From Octopus bimaculoides (lineage: Eukaryota), in NCBI RefSeq assembly GCF_001194135.2, contig NC_068983.1, forward strand, positions 93,224,057-93,265,812: DNA of 41,756 nt, given 5' to 3'. This document shows positions 1-10,936 of this stretch, piece by piece; the first letter of the stretch is position 1; each line of letters starts with the position of its first letter. Both the position numbers and the translations under genes were made by a program. The notes below the pieces were generated by a model. It was not told the DNA's origin. It saw only the letters and a program-made list of their open reading frames with translations, and made no database searches.

Positions 1-4
1 TATA

Positions 5-314
5 TAGTGATGGTTGGTTTGTTACCAACTTAATGTGGCAGTCCCAGGAAAGGCAAGAATGCTATTGCTATTTAGCCCCAGGAAACCCTGTTTCCAGTTG
101 GCAACGTGACAAATGTTCTGCTGCCTTAAGTTTTTAAACAGGGAATTCTGGCGTTGGTGGGTGGAGGTGCTTATCTCCCCTTTTTGAAAACTTAAGGACA
201 CAGAACGCTTGTGTCACATAGCCAACTGGAAATGGTGTTTCCTGGGGGAAAATAGCAGTAGCATTCTTCCCTTTCAAGGGACTGCCGCATTAAGTTGGTA
301 ACAAACCATTACTT
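5..314. mobile_element. MITE / foldback element with long (~130 bp) terminal inverted repeats, TA-flanked (Tc1/mariner-type)
   Basis: Positions ~5-135 match the reverse complement of ~186-314 (gtttgttaccaacttaatgYggcagtccc...cccccaggaaac...tttccagttggc). TA flanks both ends (3-4, 315-316). Spacer is ~50 bp. Confidence 0.75.
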
Positions 315-372
315 TATCATGCTGCTACTGTATAAGACTCTGAGAGATTTAGAAATGCAATATTTCTAATTC

Positions 373-414
<42 letters not shown>

Positions 415-421
415 TACACAC
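373..421. repeat. (TA)n(CA)n microsatellite
   Basis: Direct reading. Confidence 0.95.
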
Positions 422-611
422 GACAAAGGTTTTTCACTGTAAAAATAAAAAAATACAGGGTATCCATAAATTACAGCCATCACTAAATATATCCCCAAGG
501 GTTGTTATATTTTTCTCATAACATAGTAGGTTAGACAGGATGATCAAAAACCAATATGTTGTGCATATATAGTAATATTACGATCATGAAATTAGCATTG
601 GCTTATTTCAC

Positions 612-666
612 TCTTTTTCATGGAACCCCTAGGAACTTTTTGTAGCACCCCAGTTGAGAAACGCTG
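612..666. mobile_element. hAT (Charlie-like) element end
   Basis: ggaacccctagg...ccccagttgagaaacgctg is followed by GTCTAGAG (667-674), matching the NTCTAGAN hAT-Charlie target consensus. It resembles the MITE at 11404-11522. The other end was not found. Confidence 0.45.
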
Positions 667-2808
667 GTCTAGAGCAGTATCAACAGAAATATGAGAATTA
701 TTATTATCAAAGATGGAAGTCTACAAGCTAACCTTTACAATTTCTTAGATATGCAGAAGTTTAAGTTTTGTAAAGGTGGTTTTATCAATCAAATTGACTC
801 CAGTATATTCCTGTAGAGATAACTTTAAAAAGTATATTCCTAATATGTAATTACTCAGGAAGAAAAAGGCAAAATTGCCTCAGCAATGTTTTCACTAAGA
901 ATTTATTTATTCCAGTAATAAAAATTGCTGCCTTCTTAATGATGTGTTGGCTTATTAAATGCTGAAGTTATTTTGAAAATCCTCAATGCTATAGAAAACA
1001 TTATTAGCCATCTTTGAATAAAGTGAAGATAGATAAAAAAAAATTTAAAAAAACATGTAAAAATTCAATATAGCTTGACTGAAATCATGTTTAGATCCTG
1101 ATGAATATAAAATTATCATTCTGTTAAGCCAAATGATGAAGCTGTAACTTTAATCCTTGTAATGATAACAGTCAAATATAATTATTTCATATAAGACTGT
1201 AATTCTCCAGACTTATTAAGGAGTCAGTTAAGTACAAGCAGCAGCTCACTCTGAAAGGTATGTTTCATCAGCATGTGTAAAGGATGGAGCAGATATTTTT
1301 CAATAGCATGTTGTTACCTTTCAACATTCATTGGGATATGACAATTTTTTGGAGACTCTCATTCAGATCTACATCTGGATCTTGGCAACCTACAATTGAG
1401 ACAGCAGTAGCAGCAACCCAAAAAGGCCTAGTCATAGAAAACCAAAGTGATCACTTCAGCAATTCATTAAATTGTATAGCATAGTCCTTAGTAGTATAGA
1501 CCTTAGAATAATGTTACCGAGTGCTCTATCTGCAAAGAAGTACTATCTTAGAGATGTTCACTTTGCTTATAGTTCAGAAAGCATCATTTCAATGTTGTTT
1601 TGGAATCAATTACGCTGACTTCGATTTCTTGCACAAAATTAGAGATAGTTTAATATACGAAGGTTACACTCAGTTTTGATCAAGTCACTTAAGACTTTGC
1701 TTTAGGGAGGTTCTTACTGATAATGTGTTCTAGCAGCTACTGGAAATTATATATGTATTAGAGTAGATCACTCCACTCCGTAGAAAGAAAGATTTGTTAT
1801 TAAATAATATAGAATATAACATAACAGGAGAGTGTAGAAAACAACATTATGTGATGGAGAATATTAAGAAATAGAATAAGCTTGGAAACAATGGTGTGAT
1901 TCCAATAAACAAAGTTTAAATGTTTTTAATTAAATTTCCTATGACTACATCTAACTTAGTCAGTAATACACAAGCACAAAAATATTTGTCGTTGAAACAT
2001 CACCAACAGATAGCAGATTAATTAAAAGAAGAATCTTCCAAGACAGCCGCATACAGACTTGAATAATTCATGAAGATTTCAGTAATAACTTAGCCAACTA
2101 CCATATACTTAGTTCCAATGCAAAGAAGATATCAAAGTATTCAGCAAGTCAAAATAATTTGCTGTACTGATTTTCATAGAAATCAATATAATATTAAATC
2201 ATATACTAACATAATTACAAAGTTTGTTTGAAGATTTTTTGTTTTTTCCTTTTCTATAAGCAGAAATAATATCTCAGTCTTGCCTATGCAATATTATTTC
2301 TATTTAACACAAAATTCTAACTAAATTATTTCCAGAAACATTTTAGTACATACTATTTAGTACTTAGAAGTGTATTTGGCTTTATACTTCTATGTCAATT
2401 ACACAGCCATGTCCAAATATTATAAATCTGAATTTGTTTTATATTTGCTTTCCATGAGAACATAGGTTGGATATGACACTATGGTCTGGCCCAAGTCAAT
2501 TCTTATTCAATGTTTCTGCCCTCGTACATGGCTCTTGCTCATATGATCCATTTTAGCAAGGTTTCTGTAGCTGAATGCCCTTTCTAACATCAACCACTTA
2601 AGTATACATTTGTGTAGTTGGGTAAAATATTCTGCACTATATTGTATTCTCCATAGTATATTCTTCGTGTAAATACAGCCTTTGTGGACCTTCAGGGGTC
2701 TGCAAACTGCAGATTATAACTGCTACTTTGGAGATGGACTAAAAGCTTGAATCATCATGCCTCATTACTAAAAACTTCATATTTTTCATTAATATTTAGC
2801 AGAAGTAA

Positions 2809-3168
2809 CATCATCATCATCGTTTAACGTCCACTTTCCATGCTAGCATGGGTTGGACAATTTGACTGAGGACTGGCAAGCCAGAAGGCTGCACCAGGCT
2901 CCAATCTGATCTGGCAGAGTTTCTACAGCTGGATGCCCTTCCTAACGCCAACCACTCCAAGAGTGTAGTGGGTGCTTTCACGTGCCACCGGCACGAGGGC
3001 CAGTCACACAGTACTGGCAATGGTCATGCTCAAAAAGGTGTTTTTTACATGCCACCTGCACGGGAGCCAGTCCAGCGGCACTGGCAATGACCTCGCTCAA
3101 ATAATTTTCTAACGTGCCACCAGCACAAGTGCTAGAAGGTAACGCTGGTAATGATTACGCTCAAATGG
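2809..3168 (-). mobile_element. RTE LINE 3' UTR/tail fragment (5'-truncated)
   Basis: Reverse complement of the 3' end of the LINEs at 8500-8990 and 39400-39717. (CAT)n tail at 2809-2820. Three ~66-bp repeat units. Confidence 0.9.
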
Positions 3169-3217
3169 TGACGATTAACAGAGTTAATAAATAAATGATA
3201 AAGAGTCCTGGCCAGTT

Positions 3218-3456
3218 CCACAAAAAAGTACCCATGCAATGCCACATAAAAGAGCTCGTGAAGCACCACATAAGAGCACCCGTACAGCATCACATAAAAA
3301 TGCCCGTGTGATGTCATGTAAAAGCAACCAGCACACTCTGTAAAGTGCTTGACATTAGGAAGGGCATCCAGCTGTAGACTGGAGTCTGGTGCAGCTCTGG
3401 TCAAACCATACATCCCATGCTAGCATGGACAACAGACGTTAAATGATGATGATGAT
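3218..3456 (+). mobile_element. Diverged RTE-tail-bearing repeat with 24-bp tandem units
   Basis: ttaggaagggcatccagctgtaga...cccatgctagcatgga...gacgttaaatgatgatgatga matches the RTE tail. It is preceded by ~4.5 copies of a 24-bp unit. Confidence 0.8.
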
Positions 3457-4138
3457 AGATATATGTATACAAACTCATATTTTGAATTCTATTTTTCCTG
3501 TTTGCATCACCAAACCTGTACTAACAATCTTACTAACAGGCTGTAATAGCACCAAACCCTAAACTCTCTACTTGATAATATCTGCCAAGCCTTCATATAT
3601 TCTACACAACATATTACAGGAAACAAGGGATCCCTATGTGGTCAATTGACCTGTCAGAAATACCAGCCAAGTAACACTAGCCATCTTAAAGAAAGAAAGT
3701 CAAACATCATCTGTGATATACAAAACAAAAGAAAATGAAAGAAAGAATAAAAAACAAAAAGGCTGGTTACAGTTGCAATGTCTTTGATTATAGGTTTGCT
3801 CATTCAGGGATGTTCTGGGACAAAACAATAATTGTTTTAATCCTCTTGAATTAGCCAAATTTGAGAAGGATATGTCTAACATTACCAATGAAGGAGTTCT
3901 GAATAGAATAACCAGAGACAAAAATAGAATTTTCAAAGATTAACATCAACTATTTTTTGTCAATGTGGAGCACTCAAATATAATGTGAAAGAAAAACTTT
4001 CCAGATACTCTCCATTTGCTAGGCAAATGTCTTTTACTATAGCCCTAGGTTAGCTTTAAAGCCCTTTGTGAATGAATCTGCTAAACAAAAACTGAAAGAA
4101 GCCCATCATATGTGCGTGTGTGCATATATACACACACA

Positions 4139-4179
<41 letters not shown>

Positions 4180-4462
4180 NNNNNNNNNNNNNNNNNNNNN
4201 NNNNNNNNNNNNNNNNNNNNNNNNNNNNNNNNNNNNNNNNNNNNNNNNNNNNNNNNNNNNNNNNNNNNNNNNNNNNNNNNNNNNNNNNNNNNNNNNNNNN
4301 NNNNNNNNNNNNNNNNNNNNNNNNNNNNNNNNNNNNNNNNNNNNNNNNNNNNNNNNNNNNNNNNNNNNNNNNNNNNNNNNNNNNNNNNNNNNNNNNNNNN
4401 NNNNNNNNNNNNNNNNNNNNNNNNNNNNNNNNNNNNNNNNNNNNNNNNNNNNNNNNNNNNNN
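4180..4462. other. Assembly gap following (TA)n
   Basis: N run. Confidence 1.
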
Positions 4463-5039
4463 GAAGAAACTCTTACCTTTCAATTAGATACAGTGACTTG
4501 ATAATGAAAAAATATGATTTGTTTTTTACAGTAAATGTTTCTATTTTCGCTTTTGTTAAACATAATATTTTAATCCTTTACAAATATTTTTAAGAGAATG
4601 TAATTCCAAAAATGTAAGTTGTTTGTACAGTAAGTATTTATATTTTAGTTTTTTTTTAACAGACAATACTTTAATGCTTTTTTAAATTATTTTCAAGTGA
4701 ACACCAATACAAAAAGATTTTTTGGCATATTTAAAAAATATTTTAAAGTGAAAATGACTTTAAAAATACGGTAAATATTTCATAAAAGACCCATTTGTAA
4801 CCTTGGTGTGAAATAATTTTTTTCCATAGTTTTTTTTCAAGTGCATTCAACGTATCTCACCTCTGAAGATTTGGCTGTAATTTCTAGCACACTCTGCTCC
4901 CATGTAACCACTATTTGCGATAAAGGACCTGAAATACCTGTTACGTGGTAGCAAGGTATGCAAGAAATAGCAACCAAATTTTCCCTTTTCTGGAGAAAGG
5001 TGCCGTTTATGCATGATAAACATTCATTGAAAGTATGCG

Positions 5040-5770
5040 AAATAACCTGGAAAAGAAAAAAACTCATAAAACAAAACTCTGTTGCTGGGAAACTCAGACA
5101 CTTTCCCACTGATCCAACTGGTCATGGGTAGTCTAGTGTATATGTATATATACCCCTCGCTGGTCACATGTGTCCATTTGCCATTTCTTTTCGGTTTCTG
5201 ACCACCTAAGCTTCGGACGCACTTATTCGCCCCTCCTGTTCGTGCTTCACAGCGTTCAATATACACACACTTCTCCACGTCTGGCTGTACAGCCTTTTTG
5301 TTTGTTTATTTCACCGTTTTGTATTCCTGTCTTGTTTTCTGTCCGCCACTATCCTCCATGAAAAAAATTTAATTTGTGTTCGTGGGAAGAGCCATTTTAA
5401 CGATGCATCCTGCCTTAACTCTTCGAAATGCCAGTGTTTTAATGGTGGCAGCTGATGAAGGATATATTCTCTATGTGGCCTGCTTGTTTTTTGTAACTTG
5501 TTTATCATTTTGTCCATGTTTTTTGCAACGTCATGTACCCAGATATGTATCTATATGTACATGTAGATGAAAGTATGTACATACATATACATATATATGC
5601 ATCTACTCATATATTGTTTATATATATATATATATATATATATCTATCCACAAATTTTTTTTTTATTATTTTCTTTCTGTTCATTTCCTCATGTTCCGTC
5701 CTGTTGAAGAGCATAGGCTCAAAATGTAAAAGACTATCTCACCTTCCTGAGCATCAAACTAATACACCTG
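5040..5770. repeat. Interspersed repeat fragments, possibly Penelope-like terminal sequence, around a (TA)n/(TATG)n microsatellite
   Basis: GC/CpG content is higher than the flanks. Contains ctgatgaag and ctgttgaagagc..gctc(g)aaa motifs like those at Penelope-like element ends. Family assignment is by recollection only. Confidence 0.35.
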
Positions 5771-5771
5771 C

Positions 5772-8228
5772 TTCACCTACCGTTCCAGCAGACACTCTAG
5801 TCAAATCGACTACATCCTCGCCAGAAATAGGGAAAGAGGGCGGTTTATAAATGCCAAAACCTTCCCAGACGAAGAATGTACTCCTCAACACAGATTAGTA
5901 GTTAGCGACTTCGGGATCAAGGCAAAATGGATGCCCAGAAGTAGACAGGCTTGAAGGAGAAGGACAGAGATTTAGAGACATATTACTCGAAGCATTTGAC
6001 GAAATAGAAGGGGATATAGCATCATACAACATGGAAGACGACTGGAGGTTTCTACGGGACAACCTGCTGAGAGCCACCGACCAGACCTGTGGCTGGTGTA
6101 AAGTCCCCTCTCGATCCAAAGTAACGTGGTGGTGGAACAATGTGGTCGGCAGGGCTATTAGACAAAAGAAACAGGCTTGGAAGGACTGGAAGAGCGGAGG
6201 TAGCATGGAATTGTATCAGACAGCTAGAAGGGAAGCTAGGAGACAGGTTTACTTAGCCAGAGGGGAAGCAGATAAGAAAAAGTTTGCCAATGTTCTGCGC
6301 CGTGAGGACCAAAGACTTAAAGTATTTCGTGTTGCAAGACAGTCTGTGAGAGAGAATCATGATGCCGTGGGAGAGAAATGTGTTCACATAGATGATGGTA
6401 CACTTGCACTAAACGACGCTGCAAAGAAAGAGGTTTGGAGACGCTACTACGAAAGATTGCTCAACAAAGAGAATGAATGGGAGAAAGAGAGTCTGCCGAA
6501 TGTCGACCCAACAGAGGGACCAGCTATCCGAATTGACAGTACCATGGTAGATAAAGCAATTAAGAGTATGAAGACAGGGAAAGCCCCTAGCCCATCAGGA
6601 ATCACTGCAGAGATGCTCAAAATATCTGGCAGTGTCGGCTATAGCCTAGTCACCTGTATTGTTAACCAGGTGATACACGAAGGAGTCATACCCAATGACT
6701 GGTGTAGCAGCACCATAGTCAACTGCTACAAAGGTAAAGGTGACGCTTTAGATACAAATAATTACAGAGGTATCAAGTTGTTAGATAAGGTAATGAAANN
6801 NNNNNNNNNNNNNNNNNNNNNNNNNNNNNNNNNNNNNNNNNNNNNNNNNNNNNNNNNNNNNNNNNNNNNNNNNNNNNNNNNNNNNNNNNNNNNNNNNNNN
6901 NNNNNNNNNNNNNNNNNNNNNNNNNNNNNNNNNNNNNNNNNNNNNNNNNNNNNNNNNNNNNNNNNNNNNNNNNNNNNNNNNNNNNNNNNNNNNNNNNNNN
7001 NNNNNNNNNNNNNNNNNNNNNNNNNNNNNNNNNNNNNNNNNNNNNNNNNNNNNNNNNNNNNNNNNNNNNNNNNNNNNNNNNNNNNNNNNNNNNNNNNNNN
7101 NNNNNNNNNNNNNNNNNNNNNNNNNNNNNNNNNNNNNNNNNNNNNNNNNNNNNNNNNNNNNNNNNNNNNNNNNNNNNNNNNNNNNNNNNNNNNNNNNNNN
7201 NNNNNNNNNNNNNNNNNNNNNNNNNNNNNNNNNNNNNNNNNNNNNNNNNNNNNNNNNNNNNNNNNNNNNNNNNNNNNNNNNNNNNNNNNNNNNNNNNNNN
7301 NNNNNNNNNNNNNNNNNNNNNNNNNNNNNNNNNNNNNNNNNNNNNNNNNNNNNNNNNNNNNNNNNNNNNNNNNNNNNNNNNNNNNNNNNNNNNNNNNNNN
7401 NNNNNNNNNNNNNNNNNNNNNNNNNNNNNNNNNNNNNNNNNNNNNNNNNNNNNNNNNNNNNNNNNNNNNNNNNNNNNNNNNNNNNNNNNNNNNNNNNNNN
7501 NNNNNNNNNNNNNNNNNNNNNNNNNNNNNNNNNNNNNNNNNNNNNNNNNNNNNNNNNNNNNNNGTGGCAGATGTTCAGGTGCAATAAACACTGAAAATGT
7601 GCAGAAAACAACTTCTGTCACATTCCAGGGAGAAAAACTAGACGTAGTTGATAGCTTCCACTATCTGGGTGACCAAGTTAGTAGTGGGGGAGGGTGCACT
7701 GAAAGTATAGCTGCTAGAATAAGAATAGCCTGGGCAAAGTTCAGAGAGCTCTTACCTCTGCTGGCGACAAAGGGCCTCTCACTCAGAGTAAAAGGCAGAC
7801 TGTATGATGCATGTGTATGAACAGCCATGCTACATGGCAGTGAAACATAGGCCGTGACTGCTGAGGACATGCGTAAGCTCGCAAGGAATGAAGCCAGTAT
7901 GCTCCGATGGATGAGTATTGTCAGTGTGCATACTTGACAGAGTGTAAGAATCCTGAGAGAAAAGTTGAACCTAAGAAGCATCAGTTGTGGTGCACAAGAG
8001 AGACGATTGCGCTGGTATGGACATGTGGCGAGAATGGATGAGGATAGCCATGTGAAAAAGTGCCACACCCTAGCAGTTGAGGGAACCTGTGGAAGAGGCA
8101 GGCCCAGAAAGACCTGGGATGAGGTGGTGAAGCACGACCTCTGAACATTAGGTCTCAGTGAGGCAATGACTTGTGACCGAGACCTTTGGAAATATGCTGT
8201 GCGTGAGAAGACCCGGCAAGCCAAGTGA
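5772..8228 (+). pseudogene. RTE ORF2 (endonuclease-reverse transcriptase) pseudogene
   Basis: Frameshift/deletion near 5950-5970. In-frame stops after the gap (TGA at 7818-7820, TAG, and further TGAs). Native stop TGA at 8226-8228. Confidence 0.9.
6799..7563. other. Assembly gap inside the LINE
   Basis: N run. Confidence 1.
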
Positions 8229-8454
8229 GACCAAAATCCAAGGACTCTGCCAGGGATGTAGCCAGCCCACTTACACATAACATTCCTTCATTGGACACTC
8301 ATCTCCGCTTGCGAAGACCTGTTGAGGCAAGTGAAATCGAAATCGAACTAAATTGGTAGACTGGCACCCATGCCAACGTCTCTTTCATTGAACACTAAAA
8401 CTCAGCTTGCGAAGACCTGTTGGGGCAAGAGAAAGCGAAATCGTGATGGCACCT

Positions 8455-8740
8455 GTACCAGTGGAGCACTAAGAGCACCGTCTGATCGTGATCGTTGCCA
8501 GAGCACCAACTGTCTGGCTTCCGTGCCGGTGGCACGTGAATAGCACCATTTGAGCATGATCGTTACCAACATCACCTTCCTGGCACTTATGCCAGTGGCA
8601 TATGAAAAAACATTCGAGCGAGATCGTCGCCAGTACCGCTGGACTGGTTCCTGTGCAGGTGGAACGCAAAATACACCATTTCGAGCGTGGCTATTGCCAG
8701 TACCGCCTGACTGGCCTTCGTGCTGGTGGCACGTAAAAGC
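8455..8740 (+). repeat. ~66-bp tandem minisatellite in the RTE 3' UTR (5 units), each with a GTGCC-GGT-GGCAC hairpin core
   Basis: Unit starts at about 8455, 8523, 8589, 8653 and 8720. Confidence 0.85.
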
Positions 8741-9035
8741 ACCCACTACACTCTCGGAGTGGTTGGCGTTAGGAAGGGCATCCAGCTGTAGAAACACTGC
8801 CAAATCAGATTGGAGCCTGGTGTAGCCACCTGGTCCANNNNNNNNNNGTTAGGAAGGGCATCCAGCTGTAGAAACACTGCCAAATCAGATTGGAGCCTGG
8901 TGTAGCCACCTGGTCCACCAGTCCTCAGTCAGATCATCCAACCCATGCTAGCATTGAAAGCGGACGTTAAACGATGATGATGATAATGATATATATATAT
9001 ATATATATATATATTGAGAGAGAGAGAGAGAGAGA

Positions 9036-9222
9036 CTGGCACTCTGTCAGTTATGATGATGAGGGTTCCAGTTGATCTGATCAATGAAACAGCCTGCTCA
9101 TGAATTTGACATGCCAGTGGATGAGCACTCCACAGACACACACACCCTTAGCGTAATTCTCTAGGAGATTCAGCATGACAGTGTGTGACAAGGTTGGCAT
9201 TTTGAACTAGAGGTACAAATCA
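9036..9222 (+). mobile_element. Short interspersed repeat (ctggcactc..gttccagttgatc family), probably SINE-derived
   Basis: A second, partial diverged copy lies at 31510-31606 (ctgtcagttatgatgatgag..gttgat..aatgg/aaacag..ctg.tc.tgaa.tt.acatgc.agtgg). Confidence 0.6.
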
Positions 9223-9235
9223 TTTTTGCCAGCAT

Positions 9236-9657
9236 CATTCTTACACCCACTTTTCCATGCTTGCATGGTTTGGATGGAGTTTACTAAGGCAGATTTTTTA
9301 CAGCCAGATGCCCTTCATGCTGCCAACTCTCACCCATTTCCAAGCAACATATTTCCCCAATGGCCAGACATGTTCTTGCAGAATACTAGAAATGAGAGAC
9401 ACTGCTTGTATGACAGTGACAATCAATTTACAACTATCATGTGATGTGAAGATGAGGAGACATTAACATACACACACATATACACAACAACACACAAACA
9501 AATGATGGGCTTTCTTCAGTTTCTGTCAACCAAATACATTCACAAGGTTTTGGTTGGCCAGGATTATAGAAGACACCCAAGGTCCCATGCAGTGTGACTG
9601 AACCCAGAACCATGTGGTTGAGAAGTAAACTTCTTACCACATACCCATGCCTGCACC
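9236..9657 (-). mobile_element. tRNA-headed SINE with RTE-derived 3' tail
   Basis: On the minus strand: head ggtgcaggcatgggtatgtggtaag (A-box-like)...ggttcagtcac (B-box-like), then (TG)n, a body, and gttggcagcatgaagggcatctggctgta...ccatgcaagcatggaaaagtgg, homologous to the RTE tail. Confidence 0.7.
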
Positions 9658-10936
9658 TTCATACATCCATACACATACATGTCTGCATGCATCATGTTTA
9701 TGATTTGGTTACATTTGCATTTTCCAAAAAGTACAAGCAGTGATGAGTGCTGTTATCATTTCTCCTGTCAACAAATCATTTGCTAGCATTGCACATTCAA
9801 AAATGTGTAAAATAAGAGAACCTTTATTTGAAGAGCAGATGTGTTAATAACAAGAAGAGCAGTTGGCTATAAAGCCTTCAATTGTCTAACCCATGCCAGC
9901 AGGAACATAAAAACAAATTTCTACCGAACAGACAGAACTTCTTTTCTTTCTGTGTATAAGATAGTTCTCTTGCCAAAGCAAATTGTTTTCTTTCTTAAAA
10001 TCTTGTAAATAATTTCACAGTTTCTGTTCCAAACCTGTAACCATGAATGACTGATTATTCATATTTTTGACCAAGATTGATATTCTAGCAATTACTTTCA
10101 AACAAGAATGCCTTCTATTCTAGCTAAGATGTTGGATTTCTTTCATATGTCTTTAAATAGTACTACAGAAATATGAATATCTTATTCCAAAATATGCATA
10201 CCTCCTCCTGAAATAAAGGGTCTAACTTCACTCTGTATTGTTATTGCCAATATTCCTAGCCATTTCTAGGAAGTTGTATTCAATATTATCCAACTGTAAT
10301 ATATGATATTCCTGGTCAAAATTCCAATCAACTGATAATATAGAACCATACTTTCTTTATTTATGATATTCCAAATGCATGAGTTTATGGAACACTTTCT
10401 TGCAATGCTGCATCACCATCTCTGGTATTCTATCTGGATCAGTTATCTTCTTAAATCACTTCCTGTTCACCAATGATATATCAGACATCAATAACAATAG
10501 ACATTGCAATATTGATGACACTGATGACAATTCCCACACTTCAGCCTTTAAGTCCCATACTGTCAATGCCTAATACTTCTTCCTTCCTTTAACAAAGGTC
10601 TTTTGCACATCATCCATGAATTTGCTTACAAAAGAATAAGGTAATCCAAATATTATTTCTCAGGGAAGAGTAACTATACTAATATTCCATTTTCTCATAA
10701 ACAACAGCTAATTAACATAATTCTTTTCTAAATACATGCAACAACTTACCATTACCTGTGACAAGTCTTTGAAGCCTTACAGGCTAAATACTACTAACAT
10801 ACAATCAAGACTACATTTTTCTAGAGTGTGAATTACAATTCTTCTTGGGATGCTAGATTAAAAATAATATTGGAGAATCATATGTAAATTCTGTACTTCA
10901 ACCAAATATACACCATGGGACACTCAATTTAATATA

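Larger units (their letters stand above)
5772..8990 (+). mobile_element. RTE-clade LINE, 5'-truncated, inactive
   Basis: Contains the APE endonuclease C-terminus (TYRS..SQIDYI..FPDEECTPQHRLVVSDF), the RT N-terminus (KMKTGKAPSPSGITAEMLK, W..STIV..YKGKGDALD..NYRGIKLL), the post-RT FHYLG and RLRWYGHV..M..GRPRKTW motifs, a repeat-rich 3' UTR and a (GAT)n tail at 8973-8990. The RT core lies in the N gap. Confidence 0.95.

Noticed and set aside
1300-1720. Weak resemblance to a LINE C-terminus (..SMLFWNQLR*..)
   Set aside because: Too many stops and too little motif identity to support by eye.
4068-4593. Long ORFs spanning N runs and (TA)n, also at 29179-29550, 30335-30813 and 39935-40726
   Set aside because: They are open only because of Ns and YIYI/HTHT microsatellite translation.
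5385-5470. Second hammerhead-like arrangement (gaagag..ctcttcGAAA..CTGATGA)
   Set aside because: The core elements cannot be assembled into type I, II or III topology: no UH cleavage triplet or helix I, and stem II is out of register.
8286-8445. CTGTTGAGGCAAGTGAAA motif in the RTE UTR duplication as a ribozyme or CRISPR-like repeat
   Set aside because: No stem II pairing. Only two units, inside a eukaryotic LINE, with no spacers or cas genes.
8402-8825. ORFs of 60-133 aa in RTE 3' UTR copies (also 2817-3020 and 39266-39704)
   Set aside because: Chance frames in a GC-richer repeated UTR, recurring in each repeat copy, with no domain motifs.
8768-8917. 70-bp perfect direct repeat (8768-8837 / 8848-8917)
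   Set aside because: It flanks a 10-N gap exactly and is absent from sibling copy 2; this is an unmerged contig overlap.
10080-10700. Minus-strand FMDDV resembling an RT active-site motif; also a ~58-codon open stretch near 32040-32215
   Set aside because: The surrounding frames are full of stops and no other RT or endonuclease motifs are present.
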